A DNA stretch of 8,991 nucleotides from the IMG/VR virus record IMGVR_UViG_2675903578_000015. One strand, 5' to 3'. Every line of letters begins with the position of its first letter. Within the stretch, counting starts at the first letter, position 1. The DNA is from a virus. Lineage: Duplodnaviria; Heunggongvirae; Uroviricota; Caudoviricetes. The position numbers and the translations under genes were made by a program. Below the pieces are notes generated by a model. That model was not told the origin of the DNA. It saw only the letters and a list, made by a program, of their open reading frames with translations, and did no database searches. Shown in pieces: positions 1-7,353 of this stretch.

Positions 1-1236
1 CTACGATAACCGCGCATTCAACATGGCTACCTGTTCGTCGTTCATGTCATCAATCCACATACCGTAAATTTCATACACCATCTGCGCAGTTTCATGCCCC
101 ATCTGGCTGGCTATAAACGCCGGGTTCGCTCCTGCCGTCAACAGCCAGCAGGCAAAAGTATGCCGCGTATGGTACGGATTACGGCGGCGAATACCAGCAC
201 GTTTTACTGCTGCATTCCATCTCGCACCCAAACTGCTTACCGAGTAATAAGGTTTCTGTTTTCCGTTACACACTCTGGGCATGAAAACAAAATGCAGTTT
301 TTGCTTTTCGGTTCTGCCGTACTCCCGATGATAAAAAGTGATTTCGCTTTTGCGATGATGCCCGGTCAGTTTGTATTGCTCCTTCAGTGCTTCAAGAGCA
401 GGCTGCAGTAGTGTTACCGTCCGGATCCCCGCATTTGTTTTTGGGGGACCGAACATATCCAGTATCGTCAGGTTTCTTCTGACATTCACAACTCCCTTCT
501 CGAAATCCACATCCTCCCACGCCAGAGCAGCCAGTTCCCCGTGACGAAGCCCGGAGTATACGGCAAATTTCCACAAGTTCTGGCTCTGTCCTTTTTCACT
601 TTCCATTAATGCATTGAATTCTGTTTTAGATAACGGGTCAGGCTTTATTCTGTTTCTCTGTAATTTCTTTACTCCTTCAAATGGTTTGGTTGATATAAAT
701 CCCGACTGATACGCAAAACGTAACAACGAACAGAGCAGGGCGATATAGTTATCAACTGTGCGCACGGTTCTTCCTTTTTTGTTGGATCTTGGATTATCCA
801 GGTAAAGCGTTTCTCCATGCAGCAGTTCATTCCGGTAGTTTAAGATATCGCTATAACGAATATGCGATATCGGAGTACTCTCACAAATTATTATCCTGAG
901 TGTTTTTAATTGTGATTTCGTTTTCTTCATTGTGTTTGTTGTTAACTCTGTTTCTTTAATTTTTGTCCAGATATCACAAAGCTCCCCGAACGTTTTTATG
1001 ACCCTCGTTGTCACCATTTTTGCCCCAGTGCTGGACTGGGGAAAACGTCTTAAATACTCAAACTCACCGGAATTGATTTCATGAACTATCAACGCTCTTA
1101 AATTCCCGGCTTTTTTAATGTTACTGTTAGTAACCTCCCAGCCTTTCAATGTTTCCCGACATCGTTTTCCTCGAAACATGAACCAGATGCGAATGTATTT
1201 ACCTCGAATCTCGACACCTGTTGGTAATTTAGACAT
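1..1236 (-). CDS. intR: Phage tyrosine integrase (site-specific recombinase), 411 aa
   Basis: Complete minus-strand ORF, ATG at 1236-1234, TAG stop at 3-1. C-terminal region carries the H-x-x-R and downstream Tyr signature typical of tyrosine recombinases (..NPYHTRHTFA..MVYEIYG..). Length and sequence match recalled Rac IntR. Confidence 0.93.
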   Translation of the reverse strand: MSKLPTGVEIRGKYIRIWFMFRGKRCRETLKGWEVTNSNIKKAGNLRALIVHEINSGEFEYLRRFPQSSTGAKMVTTRVIKTFGELCDIWTKIKETELTTNTMKKTKSQLKTLRIIICESTPISHIRYSDILNYRNELLHGETLYLDNPRSNKKGRTVRTVDNYIALLCSLLRFAYQSGFISTKPFEGVKKLQRNRIKPDPLSKTEFNALMESEKGQSQNLWKFAVYSGLRHGELAALAWEDVDFEKGVVNVRRNLTILDMFGPPKTNAGIRTVTLLQPALEALKEQYKLTGHHRKSEITFYHREYGRTEKQKLHFVFMPRVCNGKQKPYYSVSSLGARWNAAVKRAGIRRRNPYHTRHTFACWLLTAGANPAFIASQMGHETAQMVYEIYGMWIDDMNDEQVAMLNARLS

Positions 1237-1237
1237 A

Positions 1238-1453
1238 TCATGAGTCTTTGATAAACTGATTTATCTTTGGATAGTTATACCAGATAATCCCTCGCTTACT
1301 GTCTGGCTTCCCTAAAGGAGATACTCGTTTGAAGTGGAAGCCTTCCACCCAACAGTTCTGGCGGTATGCTTCAATTTGTCTGGCCCCCAGACCAGTGCGA
1401 AGCATCAGGCCGTATTCAACCATCCACTCTTCATTAAAGATTACTTGTGCCAT
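1238..1453 (-). CDS. xisR: Excisionase-like small DNA-binding protein, 71 aa ([10 protein letters not shown]...)
   Basis: ATG at 1453-1451 preceded by GAGGTGAT Shine-Dalgarno on the minus strand. The 79-aa version in the ORF track starts at a TTG (1477) with no ribosome-binding site. TGA stop at 1240-1238 lies 1 nt from the intR start codon. Matches recalled ydaQ/xisR of Rac. Confidence 0.8.
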   Translation of the reverse strand: MAQVIFNEEWMVEYGLMLRTGLGARQIEAYRQNCWVEGFHFKRVSPLGKPDSKRGIIWYNYPKINQFIKDS

Positions 1454-1504
1454 CGCATCACCTCTGGCAGGCGCCAATGTTAGACTTAAATTGACGCCCG
1501 ATGT

Positions 1505-1520
1505 TGATTATTAATAATCA
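1505..1520. promoter_or_regulatory. Perfect 16-bp palindrome TGATTATTAATAATCA between ydaC and xis, overlapping a plus-strand promoter-like pair TTGACG (1491-1496) - 16 nt - AATAAT (1513-1518)
   Basis: Read directly: the reverse complement of 1505-1520 is identical to itself. Hexamers match sigma70 consensus at 5/6 and 5/6 with a 16-nt spacer. Confidence 0.4.
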
Positions 1521-1552
1521 GCTATGAAGTTTTAATTTGAATACAATGCAAT

Positions 1553-1740
1553 TCACGAGGACTGAAGTTTCTCGCAATTAAAATTTATCAGTTTTACTTT
1601 CTGCTCTCTGGAAACGCCTGCTTCTTTTTTACCTGAGAGCATTTTTTCGCATTCTGATTTCGTTAGTTTAGATTTTGAATATCTTGTCCAGTTAGTAGGA
1701 GTGCCACCTTCCTTTTCAATAGTGGCGGTAATTTTATACA
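1553..1740 (-). CDS. ydaC: Small prophage protein of unknown function, 62 aa from MYKITATIEKEGG... (66 aa if the upstream ATG at 1753 is used)
   Basis: Minus-strand ORF with TGA stop at 1555-1553. The ATG at 1740 is preceded by GGAGG with a 6-nt spacer; the alternative ATG at 1753 abuts the masked block. Position between xis and recT matches recalled ydaC of Rac. Confidence 0.65.
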
Positions 1741-1755
1741 TGAACACCTCCATTA

Positions 1756-2006
1756 NNNNNNNNNNNNNNNNNNNNNNNNNNNNNNNNNNNNNNNNNNNNN
1801 NNNNNNNNNNNNNNNNNNNNNNNNNNNNNNNNNNNNNNNNNNNNNNNNNNNNNNNNNNNNNNNNNNNNNNNNNNNNNNNNNNNNNNNNNNNNNNNNNNNN
1901 NNNNNNNNNNNNNNNNNNNNNNNNNNNNNNNNNNNNNNNNNNNNNNNNNNNNNNNNNNNNNNNNNNNNNNNNNNNNNNNNNNNNNNNNNNNNNNNNNNNN
2001 NNNNNN
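1756..2006. other. Masked or undetermined bases (251 N)
   Basis: Run of n characters in the supplied sequence. It covers the 3' end of recT and the position where reference Rac carries the ralR/lar toxin gene. Confidence 1.
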
Positions 2007-2800
2007 TCGATTACACTGTATTCCCCGGTTAATACAGAGGAATCTGCAGGATCGATTGTCAGTGGTTCCTTTTCATCCATTGATACTGCACGCTGGATCT
2101 CAATTGATACGGGCAGATATTTGAACAGGCGACGAATAGCCGTTTTCTTTGCCATTTCTTCCCAGTGAGTTACCCACGGCCCGTTATTACCAGCTTTACT
2201 CTGGCTGCGCACCAGCTCAATCTGTTTGCGCGTCATAACTTCAAACTGAGTACCTCCGTCTTTCAGTCTTGCGACAGCATAGACGTGGGTAACAGGGGCA
2301 TCTTCGTTTTCTCCTGGGCGGTGTATTAACTTTTCATCAAGGCCAAATTCGAAATTAAACTCGTCACCTTCACGGACAACACGGGCTGACAGGCTGGCGA
2401 TTTGACCTGAACGGCGAGCCAGATCAATCATGCCGCGATAGCCAATGATTAGCTGAACGTTTTTTTTACCGCTCTTTTCGTTTTTATTACCAAAAGGCAG
2501 TAAATATGCATGACCGAGGGCGCTACCGGGCTCAAGTCCGAGCTGTGAACACTGTACGATTGCACTGACAAAACTCATAGTGTCACAGTTTCCTAACGCC
2601 GGAACTTTACGAATTTCTGTGGTGGCGATACGGATCATACGTTCAGCCGTCATATGGCGTGGAAGAGCTGCTGCCAGTTGCTCTTTCATTGATGGCTGGT
2701 TAATAAAACTAATCACGTCGTTATTTTTAATTGCTGCTGGTGCACGGTTTCCCTGAGTTTTTTGCAGATCGGCTTTTGCGATTGGTGGTTGCTTAGTCAT
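1991..2800 (-). CDS. recT: RecT single-strand annealing protein (Rac recombinase); 3' end and stop codon lie inside the masked block
   Basis: ATG at 2800-2798 preceded by AAGGAA. Translation [16 protein letters not shown]...[10 protein letters not shown] matches recalled RecT. The 1991 end is inferred from the recalled 269-aa length, not observed. The 434-aa ORF in the track is an artefact of reading through N. Confidence 0.88.
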
Positions 2801-5393
2801 TTGCATATTCCTTAGCCCAGCGGGGCAGTGATAACGTCTTAATAGCTGGCCATTCATCGGTATTGAGGCAGTCAGCCAGGGTTCGCAGATTGCGGTGATA
2901 TTCCAGCTGACCTGCCAGTTTTGCTTCTTCGCCCATCATGAAAATTTCAACCGGATAACGTCCGCATTCAATAGTTGTGCTGGCAACCAGAAAAACGAAA
3001 GTTGGCTGCACTCCAAACTGTGCTTCATAACCGTCACTGTAGAATGCATCCTGAACGTGATAGCGGTAGTCGTAATAAGCGGTTTTGAATCGTTGAATAT
3101 CCGCCGTAGTTTTCACGTCCATGATCCAGTGAAATTCAGGGATAATTTTGTCCGGACGGCACCGACACAAAATTGCTGTTTCAGGATCTTCCCAGTAAAT
3201 TGATGATTCAGCGTGTCCGGCGCTTTCAACAAGCCATTGCCCCAGCGGCAAAGCCATAACGCTCTGATACATGAGTTCAATTTTCCGGCCTTCTTCGGCA
3301 GTGATAACCGTTTTTCCTGTGCTTGCGCATTCCCTCAGAAACGCTTTCTCTTCTTCTTTTCCGGAGTTTGTCCGGCGGTTAAATTCAGGTGCTACGATAA
3401 AGCGGTTACTGAATTCTTCCGGCTCAAGTACCCGGCAGTGGAAAGCGGTTCCTAAATCGAGCGTTTTTGTCTTTGTGGTGTCCACGGGGGCATTTTTACG
3501 CCACAAATACAGTGCCGGAGTATCAGCAATGTCATCGAGCTGAGACTTACTGACACCGGGACCCGCGTGGTAATTCTCATTCGAAATTCCGTAATAAATA
3601 CCTGGCTCTATGTCTTCTACGATTACGGGATCTGCGACTTCGCCAGTTTCATCACTGCAATCGCGATGCGGATCGCTGCCAGCATTCTCATTGTGCGGAT
3701 GTTCAGCGCCTTCCATTTCCTCCGGATCATTTTCCTTAGCTTCAACCTGACTCTCTTCATCGAATGTTTCCTGGTATGTTGCGTCGCCCATCACCGCACC
3801 ACAGTCAGGGCAGTTATCCCCGCCAGTCTGGCCGCAGGCATTGCAGGCTATTTCCGGTTCCTGTTGCACTACTGGCTCAGGTTGATTCATATCCGGGCTG
3901 GTTTTTTCCGTTTCTGGCTGGTTCTGGTACACACAATCGCGAGTCTGGATCCCCTTTACCCATTTCGGATCGTTCGGGTCGCTAATTCCGTCAACAAATT
4001 CACCACGTGATGCAGCAAGCAATTTATCGGCATCGACAGGATTTTTTGATGGAATGTTTTTCCGGGCTTCATGGAGTTCTGCCCGCAGTTCCTGATATTT
4101 CGCATCAACAGAATTTACCTGTGACTGAGCATCCAGCGGCTGCGTGTCCTGATGATGTTCAGTTGCGTCCGGTTCCATTGTTTCAGCCTCTCCCTGTTCA
4201 ACTGCCGTTGTTCCAGATGGTTGCGGTTTTTCTTCATCATCCTGTTTTCCTTCTTCTGTTACTCGCTGCGGCATCGGGGCAGAGGAGCGACCGCAGGCAA
4301 TATCCACGATTTCCGGATCAGGGTTGGCATGATCGGTTTCAGTCAGTACTTTGTTCAGATATTCAGTGACGTGCGCGGGGATGACCTCGATCCCAATTGG
4401 TGCTTCTTTTACGGACGCAACCACGATGGCGCGGGAATAATCCAGCCCGCCAGGCATGGTGATGAATTTGTCGCGGAAAACAGAAAAGGGCGGTTTATTT
4501 TCAGCGATAATTTCCTCAATGCGTTTAGCGTGTGCCGGATGAAGGTTATAGATGTCCAGATCCATTGAACGGGCCAGTACGCCAGTGGCTACGTCCCGCG
4601 CCAGTGACGTCAGATCGTGTACGAAACCTTCGCCGCGATCGGTGAGGTTTCCGCCGCCAGCATTAGCACCGGAAGCCGTGCGAGTGATGTGTGAAACACG
4701 ATTACCCTTCATCCACTCTTTTGTCAGCAGTCCTCGATCGGTGTAGTCAGCGTTCAGGTATGCTTCGAAAAAAGCAGTTATCAGTCCCAGGTTTGAATTA
4801 CCAGGATTAGGGAAAACTTTGTCAGTGTCACGAACCAGTTTGTGGAGTTCGCGAATTTCCAGCGGGTCGAGCAGGCTGGTTTTGTGGGAAACAGCCAGGG
4901 CAGTAACAGCCGGTAGTTCTTCAGCCCGAGCAATGTGTAATGCCTGGAGTCCGTCGCGTGAAACGTGCGTTACCGGTTTTTCGCTGCCGTGTTGAGCAAG
5001 CCAACGAATGGGCAGTTCCTGGCCAGAAATTGGGAGTAGCATATTCTCCTCAATCTCAGTCATGTCTTCGCCGTTGACGTTGGTATTGCCTTGATAGTGA
5101 GCGTTGTCTGGTGCTGCTCCCGGTTTTAGTTCCCATGTCATGGAGTCTTTGCTGAGTTGATAGCGTTCACTCCAGGTAAAATCGATCTCACCTTCAGCGG
5201 GCAGGTCATTAACGACAGGAAAATTCGTGGCAACAGCTTTAAAATAGCTGCTCAGTTTTTTACCTGACTTAACGATCAGGTAGTCCAGAGTGGCACAGGT
5301 CGATTCAAAATCGTTGCTTGCCCACAGGACGACGTCAGGTTCACCGGATGATTTTTTCGCTTTCCGTAACAGGAAGAGTGGTTTTGTGCTCAT
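2793..5393 (-). CDS. recE: RecE exonuclease VIII, 866 aa; C-terminal third is the 5'-3' dsDNA exonuclease domain
   Basis: Uninterrupted 866-codon minus-strand ORF, ATG at 5393-5391, TAA at 2795-2793. The 3' end overlaps the recT start by 8 nt (ATGACTAA). Sequence matches recalled RecE. Confidence 0.95.
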   Translation of the reverse strand: MSTKPLFLLRKAKKSSGEPDVVLWASNDFESTCATLDYLIVKSGKKLSSYFKAVATNFPVVNDLPAEGEIDFTWSERYQLSKDSMTWELKPGAAPDNAHYQGNTNVNGEDMTEIEENMLLPISGQELPIRWLAQHGSEKPVTHVSRDGLQALHIARAEELPAVTALAVSHKTSLLDPLEIRELHKLVRDTDKVFPNPGNSNLGLITAFFEAYLNADYTDRGLLTKEWMKGNRVSHITRTASGANAGGGNLTDRGEGFVHDLTSLARDVATGVLARSMDLDIYNLHPAHAKRIEEIIAENKPPFSVFRDKFITMPGGLDYSRAIVVASVKEAPIGIEVIPAHVTEYLNKVLTETDHANPDPEIVDIACGRSSAPMPQRVTEEGKQDDEEKPQPSGTTAVEQGEAETMEPDATEHHQDTQPLDAQSQVNSVDAKYQELRAELHEARKNIPSKNPVDADKLLAASRGEFVDGISDPNDPKWVKGIQTRDCVYQNQPETEKTSPDMNQPEPVVQQEPEIACNACGQTGGDNCPDCGAVMGDATYQETFDEESQVEAKENDPEEMEGAEHPHNENAGSDPHRDCSDETGEVADPVIVEDIEPGIYYGISNENYHAGPGVSKSQLDDIADTPALYLWRKNAPVDTTKTKTLDLGTAFHCRVLEPEEFSNRFIVAPEFNRRTNSGKEEEKAFLRECASTGKTVITAEEGRKIELMYQSVMALPLGQWLVESAGHAESSIYWEDPETAILCRCRPDKIIPEFHWIMDVKTTADIQRFKTAYYDYRYHVQDAFYSDGYEAQFGVQPTFVFLVASTTIECGRYPVEIFMMGEEAKLAGQLEYHRNLRTLADCLNTDEWPAIKTLSLPRWAKEYAND

Positions 5394-5464
5394 TGTTTTT
5401 TAACCTCAACTCAGATTAAAATTCGTTTTGTTCAGTGAATGATCTTGCCGGATACACACTGTTC

Positions 5465-5489
5465 ATAGCCTGCGCCATACGCAGGCTAT
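5465..5489 (-). promoter_or_regulatory. Perfect 10-bp stem, 5-nt loop hairpin (ATAGCCTGCG-CCATA-CGCAGGCTAT) in the racC-recE spacer
   Basis: Read directly: 5465-5474 is the exact reverse complement of 5480-5489. It sits 5 nt after the racC stop. A T-rich tail follows on the plus strand only (TTTCTTTCAGATTT); none follows on the minus strand. Confidence 0.45.
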
Positions 5490-5494
5490 TTCTT

Positions 5495-5770
5495 TCAGAT
5501 TTCACCTTTTAATTTCATTGCAATTAGAGTTGCCAGAAATTCGGCTTTTTTTTCTGCGGGCAGATTCTTTCCGATATGCACCAGGCACATTTTTTTGACA
5601 CCTTCATCAAGTGTTTTTACGTTGCCTGATGGACCATCGATATCAACCACAGTGAATGGGGTTTCTTTATTTTCTGTTTTAATTACGTAGCCAATGCGCT
5701 TTCCTTCCAGATTCACCTCGTGAACAATGTCATCGGTAGTTACAACAGTGGCTTCATAATTGGTAATCAT
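5495..5770 (-). CDS. racC: Small prophage protein of unknown function, 91 aa (MITNYEATVVTTDD...)
   Basis: ATG at 5770-5768 preceded by a strong AAGGAG with 6-nt spacer. The 107-aa N-terminal extension in the ORF track has no ribosome-binding site. Matches recalled RacC. Confidence 0.85.
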   Translation of the reverse strand: MITNYEATVVTTDDIVHEVNLEGKRIGYVIKTENKETPFTVVDIDGPSGNVKTLDEGVKKMCLVHIGKNLPAEKKAEFLATLIAMKLKGEI

Positions 5771-5844
5771 GTTTTTCTCCTTAATTAAGGTTGAGCGAAT
5801 ACCTGCCATTTCTGGCATAAATTCAGTTTCGAATAGTCAATTAA

Positions 5845-6015
5845 TTAAAGTTCATGTGCCATCTGGTCTTTTTCGGCACAAGCTTCACTGCAATATTTTC
5901 TCGGTTCGTCTTTTGATAAAATCCCGTGCATGAAGTGAAGCATTCTTTCAATAGCTTTGCTTTCTTCAACGTCTTTTTTGCAAAGGTGGTAAGCACATTT
6001 TATTTTCTTAGTCAT
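5845..6015 (-). CDS. ydaE: Small Cys-rich protein, 56 aa ([14 protein letters not shown]...CSEACAEKDQMAHEL), putative zinc ribbon
   Basis: Below the ORF-track size cutoff; found by manual translation. ATG at 6015-6013 preceded by GGAG with 8-nt spacer, TAA stop at 5847-5845. Start overlaps the kilR stop as TGATG. Cys spacing is C-x4-C...C-x3-C. Matches recalled YdaE. Confidence 0.8.
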   Translation of the reverse strand: MTKKIKCAYHLCKKDVEESKAIERMLHFMHGILSKDEPRKYCSEACAEKDQMAHEL

Positions 6016-6236
6016 CACCATGACTCCGCCTTTACAGGTAAACCATCACGACCGAGGAAGACTTTAATCATGCGGTCAGTAATGCATGTTTTTGTGGTCA
6101 GGTTACGAATATATAGTTTTCGCTTTTTAATATTGTTTGCCGAGGCAATATATGTCCGGCCTTCATGAAGAACATAATCGCCAGGAGTCACACACTGACG
6201 TGGTATTTCATCAGTTCCGAAGTGATGTGCAATCAT
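6015..6236 (-). CDS. kilR: KilR cell-division inhibitor (FtsZ-targeting Kil protein of Rac), 73 aa
   Basis: ATG at 6236-6234 preceded by GGAG with 6-nt spacer. The 77-aa version starting at 6248 has no ribosome-binding site. Translation [32 protein letters not shown]... matches recalled KilR. Confidence 0.85.
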   Translation of the reverse strand: MIAHHFGTDEIPRQCVTPGDYVLHEGRTYIASANNIKKRKLYIRNLTTKTCITDRMIKVFLGRDGLPVKAESW

Positions 6237-6411
6237 AATTATCTCCATTTTTACAAATGAACTTTGTTGATGCGGTGCCTGGTGCCTCCAGGTGACTGCA
6301 ACCAGTTAACAATTACAGTCGGCTTTCCCACCCAAACCAATAAGGACTAACATGACTTTTAACTGTGCCACGTGCGCTTAGCCGCATTCACCGCATCACA
6401 AAATTCACTTT

Positions 6412-6459
6412 AAAAAGGGCGGACATCAGCCGAACTTCAAGAAAAAAACTGATGCCGCC
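6412..6459 (-). terminator. Candidate orientation-specific intrinsic terminator or attenuator upstream of kilR
   Basis: Inverted repeat GGCGGACATCAG (6418-6429) / CTGATGCCGCC (6449-6459), 11 bp with one bulged A, separated by a 19-nt A-rich loop. On the minus-strand transcript the stem is followed directly by CUUUUU (plus 6412-6417); there is no U-tract on the plus strand. The large loop is atypical. Confidence 0.3.
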
Positions 6460-6677
6460 AGGACTACACACAGCAATGTCGTTATTTACAACCGGAGGCG
6501 CACTCCCACCATTTAAATTTAACAGACAAGACCGACTCTTTATGGATATCGGAAATGCGCCTTCGTGTTGTGCCCGGTTTTATTTCACCACCTCCGGGCT
6601 TCGGTGGTCTCGGCTATACCCCTACAGCGAGAGCTTGTGTTAACATTTCAATACCCTTACAGTTGAGAGTTATTGAT

Positions 6678-7097
6678 ATGTTGGATGTATTTACTCCATT
6701 GTTGAAACTTTTTGCTAACGAGCCACTCGAAATACTTATGTATACGATTATCATTTTTGGTCTCACTCTCTGGCTGATACCGAAAGAGTTTACTGTCGCA
6801 TTCAATGCTTANNNNNNNNNNNNNNNNNNNNNNNNNNNNNNNNNNNNNNNNNNNNNNNNNNNNNNNNNNNNNNNNNNNNNNNNNNNNNNNNNNNNNNNNN
6901 NNNNNNNNNNNNNNNNNNNNNNNNNNNNNNNNNNNNNNNNNNNNNNNNNNNNNNNNNNNNNNNNNNNNNNNNNNNNNNNNNNNNNNNNNNNNNNNNNNNN
7001 NNNNNNNNNNNNNNNNNNNNNNNNNNNNNNNNNNNNNNNNNNNNNNNNNNNNNNNNNNNNNNNNNNNNNNNNNNNNNNNNNNNNNACATCAGAGTGA
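6678..7097 (+). CDS. sieB: Superinfection exclusion protein B, inner-membrane protein; most of the body is masked
   Basis: ATG at 6678 with GAGAG upstream. The visible N-terminus MLDVFTPLLKLFANEPLEILMYTIIIFGLTLWLIPKEFTVAFNA contains a hydrophobic transmembrane-like segment. The frame reopens after the mask as ..TSE-TGA at 7095-7097. Matches recalled Rac SieB; exact start and length are uncertain. Confidence 0.7.
   Translation: MLDVFTPLLKLFANEPLEILMYTIIIFGLTLWLIPKEFTVAFNAXXXXXXXXXXXXXXXXXXXXXXXXXXXXXXXXXXXXXXXXXXXXXXXXXXXXXXXXXXXXXXXXXXXXXXXXXXXXXXXXXXXXXXXXXXXXTSE
6812..7085. other. Masked or undetermined bases (274 N)
   Basis: Run of n characters; hides about 90 codons of sieB. Confidence 1.
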
Positions 7098-7187
7098 TAG
7101 CGCAAACTGTTCTTATTATCTCGTCACCGAAAAATACTCCCATTTTATGAAGTTATTCTGGAACAGCAGGAGTAGACGTTTTAATCG

Positions 7188-7343
7188 TTAGCTTACTGTG
7201 TGCTTCTCCAACCATCGGCGCGCACCAGTTTCGGTTTTAAATGTTTTGCTTTTGGTATACGTCATGGCAGTGAACGTTCCATCCTGGTTGGGGAACACGC
7301 CGCACACCAGGGATTCGTTGTTGCCGAGGTCGATTTTTTGCAT
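7188..7343 (-). CDS. ydaF: Small prophage protein of unknown function, 51 aa (MQKIDLGNNESLVCGVFPNQDGTFTAMTYTKSKTFKTETGARDWLKRHTVS)
   Basis: Below the ORF-track cutoff; found by manual translation of the minus strand. ATG at 7343-7341, TAA at 7190-7188, only a weak GAGA upstream. Closely resembles recalled YdaF but differs at the C-terminus. Confidence 0.65.
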   Translation of the reverse strand: MQKIDLGNNESLVCGVFPNQDGTFTAMTYTKSKTFKTETGARRWLEKHTVS

Positions 7344-7353
7344 TTTGCGAATC

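Noticed and set aside
94-411. Plus-strand ORF of 105 aa
   Set aside because: Lies entirely antisense within intR, with no ribosome-binding site and no recognisable protein features.
392-574. Minus-strand ORF of 60 aa
   Set aside because: Alternate frame inside intR; Cys/Gly-rich translation typical of an out-of-frame read.
1238-1477. 79-aa version of xis
   Set aside because: Its first codon is TTG with no Shine-Dalgarno; the ATG at 1453 has a good GAGGTGAT site and gives the expected 71-aa protein.
1329-1514. Plus-strand ORF of 61 aa
   Set aside because: Antisense to xis, no ribosome-binding site.
1701-2168. Plus-strand ORF of 155 aa through the masked block
   Set aside because: Mostly X from N translation; antisense to ydaC and recT.
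1553-2857. 434-aa ORF spanning ydaC, the masked block and recT
   Set aside because: Artefact of translating through N; the visible ends are two separate genes (ydaC and recT).
2895-4746. Eight plus-strand ORFs of 64-147 aa (2895-3203, 3213-3455, 3271-3543, 3567-4010, 3764-3985, 4007-4369, 4152-4568, 4552-4746)
   Set aside because: All lie antisense inside the continuous 866-codon recE frame, overlap one another, and have low-complexity translations.
5495-5818. 107-aa version of racC
   Set aside because: The N-terminal extension has no ribosome-binding site, whereas the internal ATG at 5770 has a strong AAGGAG.
5926-6168. Plus-strand ORF of 80 aa
   Set aside because: Antisense to ydaE and kilR; Phe-rich translation from the opposite strand of coding DNA.
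6015-6248. 77-aa version of kilR
   Set aside because: No ribosome-binding site before the ATG at 6248; the ATG at 6236 has GGAG with a 6-nt spacer.
6365-6643. Plus-strand ORF of 92 aa in the kilR-sieB spacer
   Set aside because: Starts at a GTG with no Shine-Dalgarno and has a basic, low-complexity translation. Kept in mind only as part of the unexplained spacer.
6614-6805. Minus-strand ORF of 63 aa
   Set aside because: Antisense to the sieB start region.
6555-7097. 180-aa version of sieB
   Set aside because: Upstream extension is Pro/Gly-rich with no ribosome-binding site; the ATG at 6678 is followed immediately by the membrane-like N-terminus.
6802-7191. Three ORFs reading through the second masked block (6802-7143, 6805-7191, 6809-7105)
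   Set aside because: Composed almost entirely of X from N translation; not interpretable.
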